Shown here: positions 11,910-24,239 of the stretch, one piece after another | Layout of the letters: each line of letters starts with the position of its first letter | How positions within the stretch are numbered: position 1 is the stretch's first letter | Assembly: GCA_037834085.1 (NCBI GenBank) | Contig: JBBMKC010209485.1 | Location: forward strand, 1-35,265 | Source: Bipalium vagum | Taxonomy: Eukaryota | DNA: 35,265 nucleotides | Reading direction: 5' to 3' | The notes under the pieces: model-generated | What the model saw: only the letters and a program-made list of their open reading frames with translations | Told to the model about the DNA's origin: nothing | The model's database searches: none | Program-made: the position numbers and the translations under genes

Positions 11910-12686
11910 TGACGTAGTAACGTGTTCTCGTGTGCTCGTGAGTTCTCACTTTTATAAAAATGTTGTGTTCGTTCCCTTTTAATACTGTATCTGCTCCCTA
12001 AGAACTGAATCAAAACTTCTACAATAAAACTTTATTTGAATAAAACACAATCACACTGGAAAATAATGACCACAATGACAATCCACTTCTATAAATCAAT
12101 GAGTTCAATAAATAAAAAATGTCACCAAGAATAATGATAAAAAAAATAATTACTGTTACTGTTCTAATAAAAGAAAAGAAAGAAATGATCACAAAAGAAA
12201 GAGTCGAGAGTAAAATAAAACGGTAAAATAAAATGAACTCCAGGTCGCCCTCTAGACCCTTCTCATGTCACCTAGAGGTTCTCAAGCTCGCTGGGCCCCT
12301 TGTTAAATTTTTCTGTGTCGTCATATCCAATTAACTGGAATAATATCGTCTCTCGTAGTTCTGTTGACCAAATTAATGGGAATAGCCGTCTCTTTATATA
12401 GTCGTAGAGATTGAACGATCACCAATCCCTACGCTTCGAGACGGCTATTTTCATTAACAGCCTCTAATTGCTATTTCTGTCTCCACGCCGAGACAAAAGA
12501 ATCTAATAACTCCAGCGACAGAGCACGATTGCTATTCCCAACCTCGACGCCGATGTTAATTGCACAACTATTATTTTTATCATTATTTTTGTTATTATTA
12601 TTATGATCCTTATGGTCATTATTATCTATTAATTGTCGTTTTTATTATAATTATTATAGTTATTATCTTCCCAATTAAAACTGGGA
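11910..12686 (-). mobile_element. LTR-like repeat related to 6301-7208, running into the assembly gap
   Basis: Shares CTTTATT, CAATCACACTG, TCTCGTAGTT and a minus-strand TATATAA box in the same order as 6301-7208. Motif-level similarity only; boundaries approximate. Confidence 0.35.
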
Positions 12687-12827
12687 NNNNNNNNNNNNNN
12701 NNNNNNNNNNNNNNNNNNNNNNNNNNNNNNNNNNNNNNNNNNNNNNNNNNNNNNNNNNNNNNNNNNNNNNNNNNNNNNNNNNNNNNNNNNNNNNNNNNNN
12801 NNNNNNNNNNNNNNNNNNNNNNNNNNN
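12687..12827. other. Assembly gap (141 N)
   Basis: Run of N. Confidence 1.
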
Positions 12828-12964
12828 TTAGTGTATTATTTACCAAAAATTAAGTTTTGACTAGAACAGTTAATAATAAGCTGAAGAGCATAATGTGAGT
12901 AACGTAATACTAGTTGAAATTTTTAAAAAAAACATTAATTGATAGAATAATTTTTATTATTATA

Positions 12965-14229
12965 TTAGGTTGTTCAAAAAATAATGTCGGTTTTCATAAA
13001 GCCGTTTATTTAACGTTAATTTAACAATTTTTCTTTTGTTTTACTACTTAAATTATATATCATTTTAAAGCGCAGATTTCAATCTACGTTCTAATAATAT
13101 TAATGTTTTATATAAAGTTAAAATAATATATTTAATTTACATAGAACGTAAAATGGAAAAGAAACAATTACGACCAATTTTTATATGAATATAAAATGGG
13201 CCATAATGCAGCAGAAGCCAGTCTTAATATTAACAATGCATTCGGCGAAGGAACAGTTAACGAGCGGATGCTTCAACGCTGGTTCAATAAATTTCTTGAT
13301 AGTGCTGAGACGCTTGAAGATGATGAGGGTCGTGGGCGAAAGACGGTGATTGTAAACGGCAAATTGAAGACTTTGGTAGAGGCAAATCCTTTTAAAACAG
13401 TTCCAGAACTTTCTCAAGAAATGAGTGTTTCTGTTTATAAATCACTTGCGGGAAATTGGCAAATTGAAAAAGCTTAACAAATGGGTTCCACATGAACTCA
13501 ATGAAAAACAGAAAAATAATCGATTTGAAGTGACGCCTTCTCTTCATTTGCAACATAATATTGATCCCTTTCTCCACCGTATCGTTACATGCGATGAGAA
13601 GTGGATTATGTATGATAACCGGTGTGATTCAGCTCAATAGTTAGATCATGATCAAGCTCCACAACACTTTTCTAAACCAAAATTTCACCAAAAGAAGGTT
13701 ATGGTGACTATTTGGTGGCCGCAGCAGGTCTCATCCATCACAGTTTCTTAAACCCGGGTAAAATCATTACGGCAGATAAATATTGCCAGCAAATCGACTA
13801 GATGCACTTGAAACTCCAGATAAAACAGCCTGTGTTAGTCAAAAGAAAGGAGTGATTCTTTTGCACGACAACACTCGACCACATGTTGCACGTTCTTCCT
13901 TACAAAAATTAAACTAGTTGGGATACGAAACACTGCCTCATCCAGCTTACTCACCAGACCTTTCGCCCACGGATTGTAAATCTTTTATAAACATCTACAG
14001 AATTTTCTGAAGGATAAATGTTTCAGATTCAAGACAATACCAAATAAGCCTTCAATAATTTCATCGCTACCAGAGATACAGACTTCTATGCAAATTGCAT
14101 AAATAAACTTGTTGGTGAAAGTGTATTGATCCAAATGGATATTATTTTGATTAGCTATGTTTTTTTTATTAAAATATATGCTTTCAAAGTTCTACATTAA
14201 AAAACGACATTATTTTTTGAACAACCTAA
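12965..14229 (+). mobile_element. Full-length mariner (DD34D, cecropia/Hsmar1-like), transposase inactivated
   Basis: 25-bp perfect TIRs TTAGGTTGTTCAAAAAATAATGTCG, TA TSDs at 12963-12964 and 14230-14231, length 1265 bp. The transposase from ATG 13153 contains WVPHEL, IVTCDEKW, LHDNTRPH and AYSPDLSPTD but is broken by frameshifts and stops. Confidence 0.96.
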
Positions 14230-14496
14230 TAGATTACAGTAAAATTATATATACGAAATGCTTAAACGAATTATAATATATTTCTTCTTTAGTTACTTGC
14301 ATTACATATAAATTCTTCTATTTTTATTATATTTCAACTTTGTAATTAAGTAAACAGATTTTTAATAGATATTTAAGATTTGATATTTGAAAACTTTAAT
14401 CAACCTATAATTTAACAAGAAATAAAAAACTTTTGTTTTACGATATTAAATTAGATTCAATTTTTAAATTGTTAATTATAAAATTCATTACTGTTT

Positions 14497-17400
14497 ATGG
14501 ACGTAGTAATCGTTGGCAGCATTGTAGTTGACTTGATAAGGTTGATTTTTGTTGAATATTTTGATTTTATATCTAATGAAGTTATACCGGGAAATTTCCA
14601 AATATTGGGGAAACAGCTGTTGGTTATGATTTCAAGAAAGGATTTGGTGGTAAAGGAGCCAACCAATGTGTTATGTCTAAGCTTTTAGGTGCAGAAGTTT
14701 CAATTGTTGGCCAGGTTTTGAAACTTTCTTGGCTTTTAACTTATTATCATTATAAAGGTTGGCGATGATGTTTTTGGTAGGGATTATGTACAGCACTTGA
14801 AAGAATTATCAATTAAAACTGGTGAGTTGAAATTGTAAATTTTATTTACATGTTGAATGCTAAACCACAAGTCATTGATTTTGAACTCTGATATTACTAA
14901 CCACGATTATGATATTTATACTGTTTAAGAATCATGTTTTCGCTCTGCATGTTAACTTAAAATGATAAATTCACTTATTATTATTAATTATTGAAATTCT
15001 AAAGGTCAATGTTTACATTAGATTATCTATAATTTTGAAATCAATAAAAAATACAATAAAACTTCGATATATCGCCACTGGAAAATGAGAGATTTTTATG
15101 GGAGGTAATCTAGGTGGCGTTATTTTGAGGTGTGAAATGAATGACAAAATAAGATAATCATGAACTTTTATTTAAAACAAAATAAAGTGGTTTGCTTCTT
15201 AAACGAATGCTTTTCTATAAAATTGGTTACCAATTGCACGATTAAGACAACTTCGGATTACATTTCTTTGTTTGATTGATGAACAATGCAATAATTTTAA
15301 GTGTTTTCTGTTTCTCTCTAGTGTATACGTTTAACTTCTTCGACTGTAAACGGGTCTTTAGCCTGTTGATTATTTGCATTCTGTCCTGTATCATATCTAT
15401 AATTTGATTATCATCGAGATAATTAGATCTTTTTTTCATTTTCAACCTGTTTTACAGGGTTTGTCACGTCATTTTTAAATTTTGTCATTTCATTTTTAAA
15501 CTGATATTTACCGTGACTATTATAGAATTATCAAAACACATTTTACATTTCGAAACAGAAACAATTAGAAATAATTTTATTTTAATATCAAAGTACAACA
15601 TGTATTATAATTTAGAAAACACAAAAAAATGCAAAATACACAAAGTCAACCATCACTGATTTGTATTGTGTTGAGACATTTCGGTAAGAAGGAAAATATT
15701 TCCTCGAATTTCCTTTCAAGAATGAAGGTACTACCAGTTTTCTGGTTTCGTGTGGTATAGTCATCTGTAAAGTATTAAAATACATTTTCGTAATACAAAA
15801 CAATAGTAATACCTCTTTGTAATTATATCTCAGATTATTTTTAAAAAATTGTAAAAAGAAAATTTGTAAATTGGTTTAAATAAATAAATTGAAAATTGAA
15901 TGACAAAATTTAAAAATGACGTGACAAACCCTGTATAAAATTATCAATGAAATACGATTTTCTGGACCGAGTCTGATAGCCAAATTGGCATAAAGTAATT
16001 CTGAAGTATTGTCATTAATTAAATTGTAATTTTTACTTTCTGTTGGTATCATCATTTCGTTTCTGTTAGCATACAAAAATGTAGTTTTTCGCAAACAGCT
16101 TACGAGATGTTTTGTCAAGCTACATGTGATCATTTTACACCATGATCCATTTTTATTTTGCATTCAATGAATCTGTCCAAACTTCCTATCGTTTTTCGAT
16201 AACATGCTTTTGTAATGCAACTTGAATTTTTTTAATTCCTCGGTGCATTGGTCGATTTTGAGTTGTTAGGTTTCGATAAAAATATCAATTCAATATTTTA
16301 AGCGATTGAGAGATATGTGTGACGAGTAATAGGACAATTCTTTGATTTCCCATTACTTCATTAAAGTTAAAAATCCAATTCTTAAAAATATCTGAGGTCA
16401 TCCAGCCTTTTTTGTTATTTTGGTAATCGCAATATTATGAAAAAACATTTTGACTTTTAAATGCTCTTGGTTTTTGGTCTTTCCAATAAAAATAATTTTT
16501 CTTTTTTCTGATCCTGAAGCATTTGTACAAAGTATAATAATAATTCTCATTTTCGATTGCTTAAATCCATTAGTGAATGAATTTATACTAAGCGATCTGT
16601 CAGGTCGATAATCATTAAAAAGATTTTTTTCGTTCATATTAATCATATCATCAGCCGTATAAGTACAAATCTTTGTTTTTATGGCCATTAAACAATCACC
16701 AAAGCTTTACTTATTAACTGAATCAGATTCTCTACGAAGAACATAACTTTTTAAATTTCTCAAACAATTCACTTGAGAAGCTAAATCTCGTAATTCCAAG
16801 TTTATTTGAAAATTAATTAGGTTTTCCAATTAAATTTTCCTGACATTCATCCGTTTAGTTGTTCGACGTATAATTAAGCAGTGATTTTCTTGTTTCTTTC
16901 GAACACCTAAAAATAAACGAACTCACCCATATTCCACCAGAAGCAAAATAAAATACTTCGAGAATGAATTTCAAGTTTCACTCGTGGATATGCTTTACAA
17001 TTTTTGGACACCCATTCATTTCTTTTATTAATATTGGCATATTAACATTATTTTCCATCGTTAGTGATGAGCAATCTCAGAAATGGACGATGTTGTTGAA
17101 GAACTAAGCGATTTTGAGTAAGTAATGAATCACACAACTTGAATCGATTATCGTTGTTTGATTGATTAAAATCATGTGGTAACAAAGTTTTTGTACCTTT
17201 CCCACAGTGTTGAAGTGATTCAGTACCATCTTATTCTTTTTTCATCATTCATGTTACATTTTTGATTCTTGAAAACTATTTTCCGGCGGTTCTTTCGGGT
17301 ATAAATCCTTTCCCGTATTCACTAAATATACTTCGAACTGATTCTGAGGCTTTGAATGGAGGTTAAATTCATATAAGTGTGTCTGGAATGTTCTGTTTTA

Positions 17401-19595
17401 TCTATGTTAGTTGAAAATTAATAGGAGATACTGGGCTTCGAAACCAGGACCTATCACATGCGCATGGACTGCTCTGACCGCTGTGCTACATCCCCCAAAT
17501 AATTTTTAACTTATCTCACATCCCTCTCCTTTAAAGCTCACATCCATATCCTTAACCGCCCCGAGTCTCTTAATTCAATTTCCTTTCCATTCCTTTATTT
17601 TCTCACTTTTGAGACCTCGTCCGCTGGTTGGTGTTTTAGTGTGGTCACCATGTTAGTTATATTGATATCGCTAGAAAACTCCTCAACATTCATTTTCAAA
17701 AATTTGTATTTGTCTATCACAAAACTATCTAAACAAAACTATTATTTAAATATTAATAGTTTAGTTTAAATAATAAAACTTTTAAAATCTTTTTAATTTA
17801 AATTAGTTTTGATTTTGAAATCCTCATATGACATATTTTTTTAAAACTGTTAAAAAAGAATTCTTATTATGAAAATATATCAAAATATTTACTTTAGAAA
17901 GAAAAATTAATATTTTTTAGAATAAGTCAATAAAAATTGAATCAATATATTAAAATTATATATAAATTTTGTTTTAATTACACGGAATGAATTTATTGGA
18001 CAACCTAATATTATTATTATTAATGAAAGCGCAATAGATTATTTATTAAGCATATCTCTACCTTTATAGCGTAAAATATTCAGACTTTGTCACTGTGAGC
18101 CCAACATTATCCACTGGAGTTGCCTCTATTGTTGTTAGAAAGGAAGACGGTGCCAATCAGATTGTTATCACTCCCGGTGCTAATCTCGCTCTTTCTCTGG
18201 AGAATGTTGATAATGCCAGCCAACTTATTTCTCAGGCCAAAGTTCTTCTTTGTCAGCTGGAGGTTATGGCTTTTTTCTGTCTGTAATTTTTGAATGATTG
18301 TGCAATATGTTATCAATCAATTGTGTTATTTTGACATGAGCAGAGTAAAGATTTCATTCATCAAAATGTTTCCTGGGGATAAAAATAATATATTTGTTAC
18401 TATATAATACAATCGATAAATAAAAAATACAGCAGATAAGTAATATAATCAAATTTAATAAATTCAAATTTAAACAAATGAACGAAGAGAAGTATAAAAT
18501 ACTAAATAAACTTAAGAATTCTATTCAGATATTTATCGATTAATTTTTATTTGGTAATAGTATTTAGGAATGCACAAAAAATAATAATTCATGTTCATTT
18601 TAATCTGATTTTATTAAATCAATATCTGGCTGTGTCTTCAAGATTATCGATTGTGTTAAATGTTCATTTTTAAGCACAAAATCATTGTATTTAAACAAAG
18701 AAATTCCTTTCATTATCTAGGGTAATCGATCCTCATAATATTTTCCAACCATTTTGTTAAAAATAACCCATCTCTTTATCTCTCTCTTCAGGTTCCCATC
18801 GAATCCACGTTTCGTGCATTAAAAATTGCTTCTGAAAATAAAGTTATTTCCATTTTTAATCCGGCCCCCATTCCCGAAAGCGGTTTAGATTTATCGGAAA
18901 TGCCGCATGTTGAGGTTTTCTGTCCCAATGAGATTGAAACATCGATGCTGATGAATGTTACCATTAAAAACGTTGATGATGCTTTGGAAGCTGTCCGATT
19001 TTACTTACAGAAATATGCTGACAAAATACGATGGCCAATGATTACTCTCGGGGATCGAGGCGTTGTTTATGGAGACAGTAGAACGGGGGAGATTTTCCAT
19101 GAGCCGGCACCTGTTGTAAATGCTGTGGATTCTACGGTAAATGATACTTTTGGTATTTTATGTAGGTCAACACGATAGGGAATTTTTTCTTTTGAGATCT
19201 CTTTTAAAAATCAATTTGTGACCAACATTAAATTTTTCAAAATACAACTTTCTTTTTTGAGAGAATACTGAGTGTCATAACTTTTTTGTATATTTTGTAA
19301 TTTTAATTTTATTATTTTCTTAATATTTTAATTTAATTAATTTTTTTATTAAATTTAGTTTTATTAAAATTGAATTTTATTTTTTTAATTAAAATTTAAA
19401 AATTTTTTAAAATGTTTGTCTGTAAGAATTATTGATTTAAAAATGATCACTTATTTTTCAAGATTATATATTTTTATTTTATTATGTATATATGATGATC
19501 TCAGAGAAATCCATAAATTATCAATTATTAATTATTTAATCAGTAATTATTAAAATGTTTGAAGGAAAATATTTAATTTAAAATGTTTATGATAA

Positions 19596-19651
<56 letters not shown>

Positions 19652-19966
19652 GATAATTTGACAATCGATTTTTTTGTGAAGTCAGTTTTTGAATGTTTAT
19701 TTCAATAATATTTTAAAATATCAGTCAGAAATTACCGAAAAAAAAGTCTATAATATTGATAAAAGCACATGTTCCTTATTTATAAAATCTATATTTAGGG
19801 TGCAGGGGATTGCTTCGCAGGATCTTTGGCATATTTTTTTGCTTGCTGTCCTCAACTTCCGATGTCGGAAAAGGTCAGAAAATCCGTTTACCTGGCGTCA
19901 TTAAGTGTACAGAAACCTGGAACACAGACAAGTTTCCCCGATAACTCGCAAATTCTCCCTTTCTAA
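14497..19966 (+). CDS. RBKS: Ribokinase (PfkB family), 310 aa, 6 exons
   Basis: Exons 14497-14540, 14582-14714, 14758-14821, 18084-18262, 18792-19136 and 19799-19966 total 933 nt; all introns are GT-AG. Motifs: VVIVGSIVVD, GFGGKGANQ, VGDDVFG, CQLE, FNPAP, PNEIE, ITLGDRG and AVDST/GAGDCF (catalytic Asp). Confidence 0.95.
15054..16800 (-). mobile_element. Tigger/pogo transposon relic in ribokinase intron 3
   Basis: NMNEKNLF..RPDRSL..FKQSKMRIIIILCTNASGSEKRKIIFIGK and WMTSDIFKNW match DDE_1 Tigger-type transposases. A TIR-like TA|CAATAAAACTTCGATA starts at 15054. The relic is interrupted by a MITE; 5' boundary approximate. Confidence 0.8.
15455..15933. mobile_element. Tc1/mariner-type MITE, 479 bp
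   Basis: 35-bp perfect TIR CAGGGTTTGTCACGTCATTTTTAAATTTTGTCATT, flanked by TA on both sides, no coding capacity. Confidence 0.93.
16810..18008 (-). mobile_element. Fragmented mariner relic in ribokinase intron 3
   Basis: TIR-like TA|TTAGGTTGTCCAATAAATT at 18008 on the minus strand. Near 16930-17030 the minus frame reads NEWVSKNCKAYPRVKLEIHSRSILFCFWWNMG. Interrupted by unrelated sequence at about 17290-17650. Confidence 0.6.
17424..17495 (-). pseudogene. tRNA-Ala-like pseudogene or SINE head
   Basis: Sequence GGGGATGTAGCACAGCGGTCAGAGCAGTCCATGCGCATGTGATAGGTCCTGGTTTCGAAGCCCAGTATCTCC. The acceptor stem has the G3:U70 Ala identity pair, with an A box and near-B box. The anticodon stem is mispaired and U33 is replaced. 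Confidence 0.75.
19598..19644. repeat. (ATT)n microsatellite in ribokinase intron 5
   Basis: Seen directly. Confidence 0.95.
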
Positions 19967-20102
19967 AAATATTTTTTTAGTATTTTCACAAATTTATTTT
20001 GGTTTTTAAATCGATTTTTAGGAAATTAATAAAAATGATTTTTGAATAATTTTAGGTATTTTTGTCAGATCGCTTATTATGTGATTTTATTTTTAATAAA
20101 TA

Positions 20103-20942
20103 TGTTGGGTTTACCTAAGTCACCCCCCGGAGAAATATAACTAAGTAAAATCATAAAAGAGTAGAAATAATAATAATAATATTAATAATTAAAATTAACA
20201 CTCGAAAAGTAATTTAAAAATTCTCAGAAATTTTATTTTGGAAATACTCAGAAAATAAAATAATTCCAAAAATAATTTTTATTTTTAAAGAAGCTTAAAA
20301 CAGGTACTTCAATAAATATTAAGGATCATAATAAAATAATTTTTAGGAAATTGTTAGGGTATTTTAGAATTTTAATAAAATTTTTAGAATTTTAAGTACG
20401 ATTTTGAGAATATCTCAAGAATATTTCTCAGATGAAGATCAGTCCGAAACAAAATAAAAGCAAAGGGATTTCAGTAGATTTTCACCCCTCAGAGAACATA
20501 AAAAAAGAGTTTAGGAATTCAGATTTACGGATACAAGGAGACGAAATCAGATTTACAGTTACAAGGAGACGAGAGAGATCAGAACAAACTTGAGAATACA
20601 GGACCCGTTCCCAAACCAAGTATTATTATTATAATCTGACTGCTTAAAATTCCCCACCAACGGGTTATCGGTGAGCAACCATTCGGGCTCAGACGATAAC
20701 TCGTGATTTTAAACCAAGGCAACCGTAAGATTCTTTTATTCTTTTGTTAAAGTAATTATAACAGTATTATTTTGCTTTTAATCGAATTTTTTAATATTTT
20801 ATTAACCCTTGACTATATTTAATTTAATACTACAGTTGACCCAGTTTTGACTAAATTTGATTATTATTGGTAGTGATTGATTATATATTTAATTCATCTT
20901 TATTGTTGTGTTATGATAAGATAATGTGAGGTTTGTGTAACA
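20103..20942 (+). mobile_element. Solo-LTR-like repeat
   Basis: Starts TGTTGGGTT like the repeats ending at 7208 and 23889; possible end ...TGTAACA. Contains an imperfect 28-bp tandem duplication at about 20519-20574. No TSD; it may extend to about 21130. Confidence 0.4.
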
Positions 20943-21149
20943 TTGCGGACATTAATAGTGATCTCAGACTATTGCTTATCTTTTGTATTTCCGTGTATTT
21001 TTGTGTTTGTGTGGTATAAATACAAGTGTTGCTTTACTGATTGTTTTTATTTGCATCACCTAAGATTTGGAGTCAGATCTAAATTTGATACACTAAATAG
21101 TGAACAAATACGTATCCAGCATTTTGGCTTGGACCCTTAGAATCCACCT

Positions 21150-21640
21150 CCCTAAAAATATTTCTCTCAATTTATTGTTGGTATTTTTCAATGTATATTT
21201 TGAGCGGATCTGGTTTCATTTCGAACAGATTTTAATCATAACTTAATCGATAAATTTACTCTCAAATATTTAAATTGAAAATATTTTTAATTAAAGATCC
21301 AGCAATAAATTTTAGCATATTATAAAATTTCTTTGAAGAATTAATAAAAATTGAATCATCTATTGAGGATCAGAGGGGAACTTTTTGTTAATGAGCAGAA
21401 AATGAATTAAATGTCAAGGGAAATAAAATGAAACCAAACAAATATTTTATCTGTATGTAGAGATATTAAAAATGACTACTGTTCTATTTAAAGTGATAAC
21501 TTGAAAGTACTGATAAAATAACTAAATTTGATTACTGTAGTCTGCAACGAAAGGATTTTCTCAATTTTTAAAGGGTAAGTTTAGCTTAATTCAGCAAAAT
21601 TGAAAACTATATTTGTGGAGACTCAAGAAAAACTAATAAT
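21150..21640 (+). mobile_element. Possible hAT transposase C-terminal relic
   Basis: Only LKVLIK*LNLITVVCNERIFSIFK, which contains the ERxFS hAT dimerisation motif. Heavily decayed. Confidence 0.3.
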
Positions 21641-23174
21641 TCTGATTTTAATTGTGACAATTTCATTTTAAGTGACAATTTTTTTATTGATTTTATTTTA
21701 ATAAAAGTAAAAGTATTTATATTTGATTTTTTCCATGTAAAAATGAGAAATTCTAAAAAATAAGAAATTTAAAACTCTAACAATTATTAATATTATTATT
21801 ATGGTTATTGTTGTTATTATTGTTATTAATAGTGGCAATTAATTATAATAGATAAATAAAGAAGAATAAAGATCAAATAAATAAATAAAAATAAAATTAG
21901 AAATAGCTAGATTTCTAAAAAAAGAAACTTAACAAAAAAAGTGATAGAAACTTAAAAAAGGAAACAATTTAATGAAAGAAATTATATTAGGTAAAAAATT
22001 TAAGTTTAAAAATAAAAAATTATTTAAATAATTTAATATAAAAGGTCAACACAAAATATTAAAACCAGACCATTTGAAAATAACAAAAAAATCATAAATC
22101 GATCACGTACCATATCAGCTGTCTACGAAAGTTCAAAACAACATAAACAAACCAGCATTCATATAAAAATTGAATCATTTATTTGACAGAGAACACAAGG
22201 GAATTCATTCAAGGATCATCACAAATAATTTATGCTTATTGAGCAAGTAATTGTTTTTAATTTTATTTTTAATTTCATTACTATTTAACCCTTAATTATT
22301 AAAATACTTGGTAGGGTTTATCAGCTTACACAAATAAATTAAAATTCAATTTAAAATCTTATTTTCCGGTAACCATTATTAATTAGGATTACCTTTCTCT
22401 TTGTTTTTACATTTTCTCTGTTTCTCTTTGTTTGTAATTTACACAGCAGTTAAGGCTGGTAAATTACCCCAGGGCCTTTCCACAGCTTACAGGAATTAGA
22501 ATTTCACATTTAAATTTGATTGTCAAACAAAATTTTTACAAATAAAAATATTTGTTATAAATCGATTTAGTCTTATTTCATTTTATTGATAGCAGTTCCG
22601 AATTACACTCTAAATCCTTCTGATAATAGATATTTTGTTGAGTAATCTAAAATCCCAATATCGATCTTCTTAACTTAAAATCAGTCACTTTTAGGAACTT
22701 AACATATTGTTAAAAATCTGTTTACAAAATTTAAACAGTTTTTATTTCAAAAAAAGGTATTATTATAATCTTATCAAGACAGAACTGTTTTGACCTACTA
22801 GGTGATATATCGTTAATAATGACCCAGTACTTTTTAATTGGTATCACTTGCGGGAATTGGGAATGTCTGATTTGGTGACAATGAATTTTTCTTTTTAAGA
22901 ATCTCAATAACAACTTTTTCATAATGAATTATTGCAATATGTAGCCAAAACCATTAAAATCGACAACAATTTCTGCAAATAATCAAACGGACAGATCTAA
23001 GCGAATGTTAAAATGAAAAAATATCACCACAGTTTTTAAATATGTCAAAGCAAATATTTTTAAAAATTCATTCGTCAACGAGCTCTATAGTCATATTTCT
23101 TTTTTCGAACATTTTATTGATCACAGCTTTTTTGGATCTAAAGGACAACAGAAATTTTTATTTTATTATGTTAA

Positions 23175-23650
23175 TTTCCTTCGAATAGATGCGTTGTCAT
23201 GCAGATACTACAATTCCAGATACTCGGCTCTTCCTTCTCAGTGTCCTAGCTTGTCGCACAAGGTTGATATACTATTCACTGTTGAGACGAACACGTGATT
23301 CAATAAAATCGGTAAGAATCAAGTCATTAGCATTCCAAAAATGGAGAGCATTAAGGCTTTTTTGTGTGATGATATCTTCATCTTTCTTTAATTGGTTTCT
23401 CTTGAAAGTTTCAATTCTTTTGATTCCCTTCTAGACTCCGGAATATAGAGAGATAGAGGCGTCTTATCCATCTTAATGATGTTATCCAGCACATTGTAAA
23501 GTTTCCAGATTCTGTTGGCTGCACTCCAAATGGCGAGCTTGCATATCAGCAGTTAGAAAACATAGCACGAATTGTGAGCACAGCTTTCTGATTCCACTTT
23601 CCTTTTGTATAATTTCATGTATACTGATGGTCAATTTTTTGACACATCTT
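23175..23650 (-). mobile_element. mariner relic related to 110-1039
   Basis: GIRKLCSQFVLCFLTADMQ, PESRRESKE, ALMLSIFWN and YLHDNASI. It shares RKL..FV..FLTA.M and SRRES with the element at 110-1039. Confidence 0.75.
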
Positions 23651-23764
23651 ATATTTTTATATACAATGCTTAATCAAAATAATTTTATAGTTTATTTTGT
23701 GTGGATATAAAATGCTTTTCTATAAAAATATTTTCTTAAAATTTTAAAATTAAATATAAATTAC

Positions 23765-23889
23765 TTTGACCCTTTTGAGGTCTTAATAATTAATTTATAA
23801 TAATTATAAACATTCTAGATCCTTTTACGGTCTTTAACATATAATTTTTTACCAGAGTTAACAGGGATGTACCATTGGCTAACCCAACA
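23765..23889 (-). repeat. Terminal fragment of the LTR-like family
   Basis: Aligns by eye with 7095-7208 (CCCTTTTG.GGTCTTAATAATT...ACAGGGA.GT..TTGGCTAAC.CAACA). Confidence 0.7.
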
Positions 23890-24239
23890 CAATCAATAAA
23901 TAAAAGAAAAGTAAATTTTTAGCTTAATACTTTACCTTAATTGTATTTAATTTATTCAGTTTTATTTTTTTTATTTATTCTGTAATAGGCAAAATTTTTT
24001 GAACGGGCTAATAAATAAAACATCTGATTCAGTTTAGAAATAAAGGAGTCATAATATGAGTTTGTAGATATTGGTTGGGACTCATTAATTTGGATCAAAA
24101 CTTTTTTTAAAAGGAAATTATGAGCTGATATGATCATTGACGTGATCAAATCTTTGTACCATTACCATTATCCAACGTGGCTGCCTCATTTGACATTGAG
24201 AATACTTGTGTGTTTGTCAATGCATTCAATTTCCTAAAA

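Noticed and set aside
12560-12853. ORFs spanning the N gap
   Set aside because: Artefacts of N runs and (ATT)n low complexity.
13153-14155. Active or domesticated mariner transposase
   Set aside because: Multiple frameshifts and in-frame stops (for example TAG at 13638-13640).
17424-17495. Functional tRNA-Ala(CGC)
   Set aside because: Anticodon stem largely unpaired, U33 absent, mismatches in the D and T stems.
20519-20574. 28-bp direct repeat considered as CRISPR-like
   Set aside because: Two adjacent copies without spacers, in a eukaryotic repeat; a simple tandem duplication.
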